Shown: piece after piece, positions 58,068 through 64,000 of the stretch
How the letters are laid out: the number at the start of each line of letters is the position of its first letter
Position numbering within the stretch: position 1 is the stretch's first letter
NCBI GenBank assembly: GCA_946965045.2
Contig: OX337237.1
Coordinates: 2,728,001-2,792,000 of the forward strand
DNA length: 64,000 bases
Direction: 5' to 3'
Source of the DNA: Epithemia pelagica
Taxonomy: Eukaryota; Protista; Bacillariophyta
The notes under the pieces: model-generated
What the model was told of the DNA's origin: nothing
Seen by the model: the letters and a program-made list of their open reading frames with translations, nothing else
Databases searched by the model: none
Made by a program: the position numbers and the translations under genes

Positions 58068-59191
58068 TCAAATCTGGTTGAAGCCCACACACGAAGCCCT
58101 GTAGTTGTATAGAAGGACTATTAGCGAGATGAAAATTTTCCTTTCCCCAAACTCTTCGTACTTGATTCGATCCTTTAAGCAAGGGAAGGAGGCTTGCAAG
58201 CCTCTCATCCCCCACTCTGACAGTTGCCTGACCGAAGTGGCGGCCTTGTGCATCTCCCTTGTGTTTCTGACTCGACCTTGCCTGTCCAGGTTGTTCTGGT
58301 GAGACTTCAAAAGGCTCGGACGAGACTCTGACCCAAATGCAGAGTCAACTACAACCCGTCCGCCACCACGTCGTTGTTCTCGGTTATGCACCAAGTCCAA
58401 CTTCTCGTATGTCTTCGAATAGTGGGCAAGGGTGGAATCACGCCATGATCCGGGCGCGTTGATGTAACACGCCCGGATCTTTCCGTCGGGAGAAAAAACG
58501 AAAAGGTTAGAAATATAATGATCGCACTTCCACCCATTATAAAAAATATTCTCGAGATCGGGGTTGGCTTCGATGAGGACTTTCAGTCCATCCATCGCTC
58601 CCCACACATTCTTGAGGACCGGATACTTAGCGTCTATTACCTCCTTGAAGCTCGCAACTTCAGCTTTCGTAGGTAGTCTGATCTCTGCATCTGGGTGTTC
58701 CTGCAGAACCTTCACGAGAAGACGACGTCCGAAGCGCAACCAAACGGAAGCTGGGTTAGCAGTTAGCCCAAAGATGATCTGTAAGGGCACTGTTGAACTC
58801 CGAGTACGCGTCCACGCGAGGACTAATCCTAGACATATCGTTGCAGTAACTTGTCGTTTGCGTCCTGTCCTCCCAGTCTGTCGGACGTTCTCATGTGGAA
58901 TTCGCCATTAGCCATCTGTGGATAGGGACTCCACTGGAGAAAGAATGGAGTAAACATTTCTGGCAAACTGTTGAAGGACGCATGATCAAACCCATACAAA
59001 GCTATTAACGAGGGGTCGTCGCCGCTATTATACGGCTTCATGAACGAAGAGTACTTTGGATGAAGCAGAGCTGCACGACTAATCCCTCCCGAACGATTGC
59101 GAATACGCTGTCGTTCGATAAGACGACGAAAGCGCTTTTTCTTCTTCTCCTGTAGGAGAAGAAGGATCAGCGCTGTGTCATTTTCATCCAT
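58068..59191 (-). pseudogene. PIF/Harbinger DDE transposase with a frameshift near 58865
   Basis: The N-terminal ORF 59191-58829 shifts into GRKRQVTATICLGLVLAWTRTR. Motifs GAMDGLK, YNGWKCDH, NAPGSWRDS, VVDSAF and RQLSEWGMRGLQASF. It converges with the Myb-like gene as in two-gene Harbingers; element ends were not resolved. Confidence 0.85.
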
Positions 59192-59491
59192 GGTGCAACG
59201 AAGGTGCAGGTACGACTATTGACTATAGGTTAGACAGACGGAAGGAGGAATACGAAAGGCGTCTCGAAGTGGAAATGCAAATGTCAAGGTGGAGGGAGTC
59301 TCATTGGGGGGAAATGGCGGGACGGGCCAATGTACATATATAGTTGCGTATATCATATAACGTGCGTTGGATTGTCGAGCAAATCACACTGGTTAGGTTT
59401 AACGAATTACAGTACCACTCGCCATCTTATACTTAAAGCGTATCTTCCAGACATAAATGTAAGATTTATGGTTTTTTGAGATTATGACTTA

Positions 59492-60373
59492 CAGTAGAGG
59501 CCCATTATTTGTCATTTGGTACTTCGCTAGCTCTAGATTCTCTAGATGGCAACTTCGGTAGCCACACCCCCTAGCGGGGGTGTTTTTGAGGATGTAATTT
59601 CGTTGAAACACCCCCATCTCTCTGGTAGAAAAATAACCTGTTTCTAGTCGGCAGGCATATCTCATTCCATCCATCGCGATAACAACACGGACCTCGGTGT
59701 TGCACCTGTTGTTGTGCACTTATTTTGACACTTGGTACCTGTCGGGCGAGTCATAGGCCTCTAACCAATAGCGTAGGATACATCTGCATGGCCAAAATAT
59801 GAAGGTTGAGTCTATTGTGGAGCTGGTTCACAGGCACCATGCCTCGTGGCACGGTCATACGGAAGCAACGCCTCACCATTGCGAACGAAGCATCTCAGAG
59901 GGATGTATGGCTCTTATCATTCATTGTTTCGACACCTAATGGTACACAATATACATAACAGTAGTAACGGAGTATATCGACAGCAGGACCTCTATTCCCA
60001 TGTGTTTTTGGGGCCATCATGGTCTCGTGTCGTGCCATAATGCTGGCCCACTATTTTCATCCTTGCCTAGAGTGACCCTCATGCACTGTGCCGCTCACAA
60101 TGCACTACCATGGTACTAATATGAATTACACGATGGTCGGATCATGATGGGGTGATCATAGGAGGTCACCAGCAACAACAAAGTTTGATTGTCGTGTTGT
60201 TATCGTGGTTGTGAAAAGATATGCCTGCCGACTAGACCGGACACCAGAGAGATGGGGGTGGCTACACGAAATTAAACCCTCTTAGCCACCCCCGCTAGGG
60301 GGTGCGGTAGCCATTAGCCAAAGAGCTCTACTACCTAGAGAAGTACGATATTTTTGAGTCTCTATGTCTACTG
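59492..60373. mobile_element. Non-coding foldback element/MITE with ~200-bp imperfect TIRs
   Basis: Inverted matching blocks CACCCCCTAGCGGGGGTG, TAATTTCGT..CACCCCCATCTCTCTGGT, CTAGTCGGCAGGCATATCT and CGATAACAACACG. The outer CAGTAGA/TCTACTG boundaries are tentative. Confidence 0.75.
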
Positions 60374-60518
60374 TCTACAGCGCACTTTAGGTAAGGTTAG
60401 GAGTACTTCTCTCTTCGTTGAGTCTCTACCTACTACCTACCTAGAACCTAGACACACTAGCTAGAGGAGAGAGGTAGTTAGAGTTCGGGGAGCTACTGCT
60501 TCCGCCGTTTATTGTTAT

Positions 60519-60552
60519 GTGGAGTGTGGAGTGTGTGGAGTGTGGAGTGTGG
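60519..60552. repeat. (GGAGTGT)n microsatellite
   Basis: TGGAGTGTGGAGTGTGTGGAGTGTGGAGTGTGG read directly. Confidence 0.8.
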
Positions 60553-61152
60553 ACAGCTCAATCTTTTCAGCGACCAAATTCCCCCGAAAACAAAAGAAAA
60601 AATCGCATGATACAGACCCAGCAAGAATACTGTCGGTCTTGTGTCTTGTTCATTGTTGGATCTTCTTGCCTCTTGTCACAGGGTTTGGAAGTTGTAAATT
60701 CACTTTTTTTCCAATTTGTACGAATTTTAGCACAAATTAGCCAATTTGGCCAAAATGAACTCAATTTTCTTTATTTTTCAACGCAAATTGACTCCAAAAA
60801 CTCCATTTTCTCTCTTTTTCAATCAAATTTCCATGTCACATTCAATTTTGTACCATTCTAATTCCAAATTAAATACGTAAGTTGATTCGCAGAGATTTAA
60901 AAATGAATTTTAACTTCAAACTCAATTCACCGTTCTTTATTATACGAATTCTATCACCAACTCAACTCGTTGTCTTCTAAGACAAAATTCGAATTCACAA
61001 ATTTAACCATCATTTTCAACATTATTATATCACACGATGCACGGTACTCTATCGTATTTGAGTGACCATAACATACTTGAAACTTAACATATCTCTTTAC
61101 CTTTTCTTGTCTTCTTGTTACCTCCTATCTTCTTACTACAATTCTCCATTCG

Positions 61153-64000
61153 ATGCATTGCAACTATCTCATACAGATATCTGACTCCCCAACCACAGCC
61201 ACATCTTCCCTGTCTCCCGATACTTCTTTCTCTATGTCTTCCACAGCAGGAGCGGTGCAAGGCACCTCTGCAGACGACGACAATATTCAACAAGAACAAG
61301 AACAAGAACAAGCAGACGAAGCTCCTCCTTCAAATGAGAATGAGAACAACGCATCCAACCATATCAATACCTCAATCAATAAAAAGATCCCACCCCTCTC
61401 CGAAGAAGCACGAGCCTTAGTCAAGGAAGAAAAAGAAGCCATTCTTTTCCGTCCACCTCCCAGGAAACACTTCAAGAACCTTACCACTCTTTGGGGTAGT
61501 GTCGAGCATCTTGATTGGGACAGGGTGGCACGTTATCGAGAGAATATCCTTGATAAGAGCAAACTGAAGAAAAATCAATACCCTGGACTCATTCAGTGCT
61601 ACGAGGTGTTAGATGACGCCACCGACAACGACAAGAACAAGGATGACTACGCTTCTCTTGTCAGACGTCTTGTCATTTGCCCCAGATGTTTCAAAAATCC
61701 TGACGCTCCACTGAAGATATCAGTACTTGGATGTGGAAAGAAAGAGCAAAATTCTTCCAATATTTCACAACACAACCGGAAATTTCACCAGGAACTGGTC
61801 AAGAAGAAGGACACTCAGCAACTTGCACTGGAACAACAAGGCCAAACACTAATGACCTCTTTCGCCACCCCTCTTTCGCGGCAAGAAGCGAAGATTAAGT
61901 TTCAAACGGCAGTATACCGTTGTGTAAATGACCTGGGGTTTCCTGCCTCCACTGTAGAGAAACCAATTTTCCGAGACATGCTGAAAATGACCATGTCCAT
62001 GGCCTCCAAGCTCTCGTCCAAGGACATCAACATGAGCAACAAAGCTGTGATGGAACTGAGGATTCAGTCACACAACCAGCTACTGCAAAAAGTTTCTATG
62101 ATTGGAACCAAGATTCGTGGCAAATATTTGCATTTATGTGGTCAGTCAATTCCTTTTTCCTCTATCTGCCACGATATATGGCAGGGACCAAAGACCGACA
62201 TTCTTGGAATTGTTCTTGTATTCACAGACCCCCGCAATTGCCACCATTACAAAATTCCGATCGGTCTTCTTCAGACAAAGGGTCATACGGCATCACAAGT
62301 TGCCCGTCACACAGAGGGTTTGCTAAACACAGTTGGCTTTACCAAGGATGATTTGTTGGCATCGGTAAACGACAACACCAACTCTGCGGTTCTTGCAGGG
62401 AAATACATCATAGGTCAAGATCGGGCAGGCAAATGTGAAATGCACAAGGCTGAATTGATTATTAAGCACGCCACTGGTCTTGCCCGGCGCAAGAAAGGCG
62501 GCAAAGTGACCGATGAGTTTCCAGAGTTTGTGGACGTCTACAAGAAGTTTCATAAGTTTGCTTCTTGGTTGATGTCAAGCAAGGCCCGGTCTCGTTTTGA
62601 TGATTTTCGAAAGTACGCCCAAAGCATCAACATGGTCGTCATTGAGATCCCTCTTCCCAATCTTACAAGGGTGGGAGGATGTGTCATCCTTTTCCAAGCC
62701 CTTTTGCGACTCAGATTTGTATTCGAATTGTATGTCAGACATGCATCATGTCCTGAAGATTTCAAGAAGCTGTATCCCAACAGTAACTACTGGAATGCCA
62801 TGGCTCAATTTGAGGCAATTCTCCTGCCGCTGAAAACTTGCGCTATGAGTTTGCAGTCTGATGAACCATCTTCCAACTCTGCTTCACTGGTTGAGATTTA
62901 CATGTCCAAGACATTCATCAAAAAAATGAGAGACAATGGCGTCCCAGCTCTTCGAGTGACTTCGCATGCCAACCAACCTGTGACAAAGCAGTGAGATGCC
63001 AGTAAAACCATGACACAGCTTGAAAAGAATCGCAAATTGATTGCCTTTGATAAGTGTTTGGTCAGTTCCAAGACACTCATCAATCGTCTATTGAAAGAAT
63101 ATGATCATTATATGCGAGATGGTCCTGACGTCGAGGCAGAAAATGCTATGCTTGCAAACCCCCTTTTGTATACCATTGGAACAAGCTTATTCCAAAAACT
63201 TGGAGTGTATTTGGCAGTGGATATTGCAAGACTGGGGCAGCAGTATGTCACAGATATGGTTTCAAGATTTTCCAAGAAGAAACAGCAGAGCTTCGATGGA
63301 CCATCTGCTCCATCTGGTTCGACTGCTGCCTCTACTAACGACACTGGAGATGCAGATGCAGATGACGATGAAGACTCAGATGCTGGGGAGATTGGCGATC
63401 TACTGGGTTCCACAAGTCTATTTGGCCAGGTGGAACGAGACAGAGAAATAGTACAACGTGCCCTCATTCAGAACAGTCGTGGGAACACTACTGGTAATAC
63501 AGAGAATGTGGCCACACAGAACAATAATGAAGCGGAAATCCAGACACAGCAGAACTTTTTCCGGCGATGTGAAGAAGAACTGGCAGGCTACAAACGGTAC
63601 TGTGAGAGAGAGGTGCACCCGAATTGGGAGGCAGTAATCAAGAAATTCCCTACGGACAAATACAAGATGGAGTCTGAAAAGTGGACCGAGCGAGAAAAAA
63701 GGTTGTTTTCCTTTCGATGTGGGCAGAAAGATTTCCCGACAGTAGGCAAATACTTTGATTGTCTCCAGTGGTGGCAGCTGAACAAGGGAACATTCCACCG
63801 CATGTTTCCAACAGCCATGCTCTGGTTGAGTAAACCCTCCACCAATGCGTTTGCTGAGAGGGTGTTTTCCATGGCTTCCTGGTTCGCATCGAACCGACGA
63901 ATGAATCGACAGGGTAGCAAGGTTTTTGAGATGAGAACCCTGGATTGCATCAACAGGAAAGTTTTGGAAAGCATTTGGGTTGCCGAACAAGAGTTGGTTG
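61153..64000 (+). pseudogene. hAT transposase with one in-frame TGA; runs off the window end
   Basis: BED-like CPRC...QHNRKFH, SICHDIW, DNTNSA and CEMH (CxxH). After the TGA at 62992-62994 the same frame stays open to 64000 and contains WWQ...PSTNAFAERVFS (hATC dimerisation domain, catalytic Glu). Confidence 0.88.

Noticed and set aside
55770-59350. Terminal inverted repeats of the Harbinger element
   Set aside because: Only weak matches (TATATGT.CAT, CCCCCC) and no TAA/TTA TSD could be fixed, so boundaries are not reported.
41846-62994. Alternative genetic code (TGA = Trp) suggested by two in-frame TGAs
   Set aside because: TGA terminates apparently intact genes here (YR, threonine aldolase), TGG is used normally, and both cases are in TEs.
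1-64000. tRNA/rRNA genes
   Set aside because: No cloverleaf or rRNA-like conserved sequence recognised by eye; tRNAscan/Infernal were not run.

Overview
Eukaryotic, intron-bearing DNA, most likely a pennate diatom (inferred from CoDi-like Copia elements, a receptor cyclase-PDE fusion gene and short GT-AG introns). Host genes: a coiled-coil/TM protein, a fused aconitase X, an ADP/ATP carrier, an RluA-type pseudouridine synthase, a low-specificity threonine aldolase (plus two decayed tandem copies) and a TM-cyclase-PDE. Most of the rest is nested mobile DNA: three Copia elements or fragments, LTR remnants, MITEs, and piggyBac-like, PIF/Harbinger and hAT elements. The standout is a tyrosine-recombinase (Crypton-like) element at 19039-24388 with an intact 6-exon gene. 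It begins with a ~212-nt rod-like hairpin whose 176-nt core is identical in three copies. It sits head-to-tail with a non-autonomous copy and a third, sequence-divergent hairpin of the same architecture. Its junctions follow a GTWG-N5-(C/A)WAC att-like pattern, which an empty paralogous site at 46067-46079 supports. A second notable structure is a young Copia element whose RT/RNase H segment is inverted and restores an open pol frame when flipped back. All alignments were done by eye; no database searches or folding programs were run.
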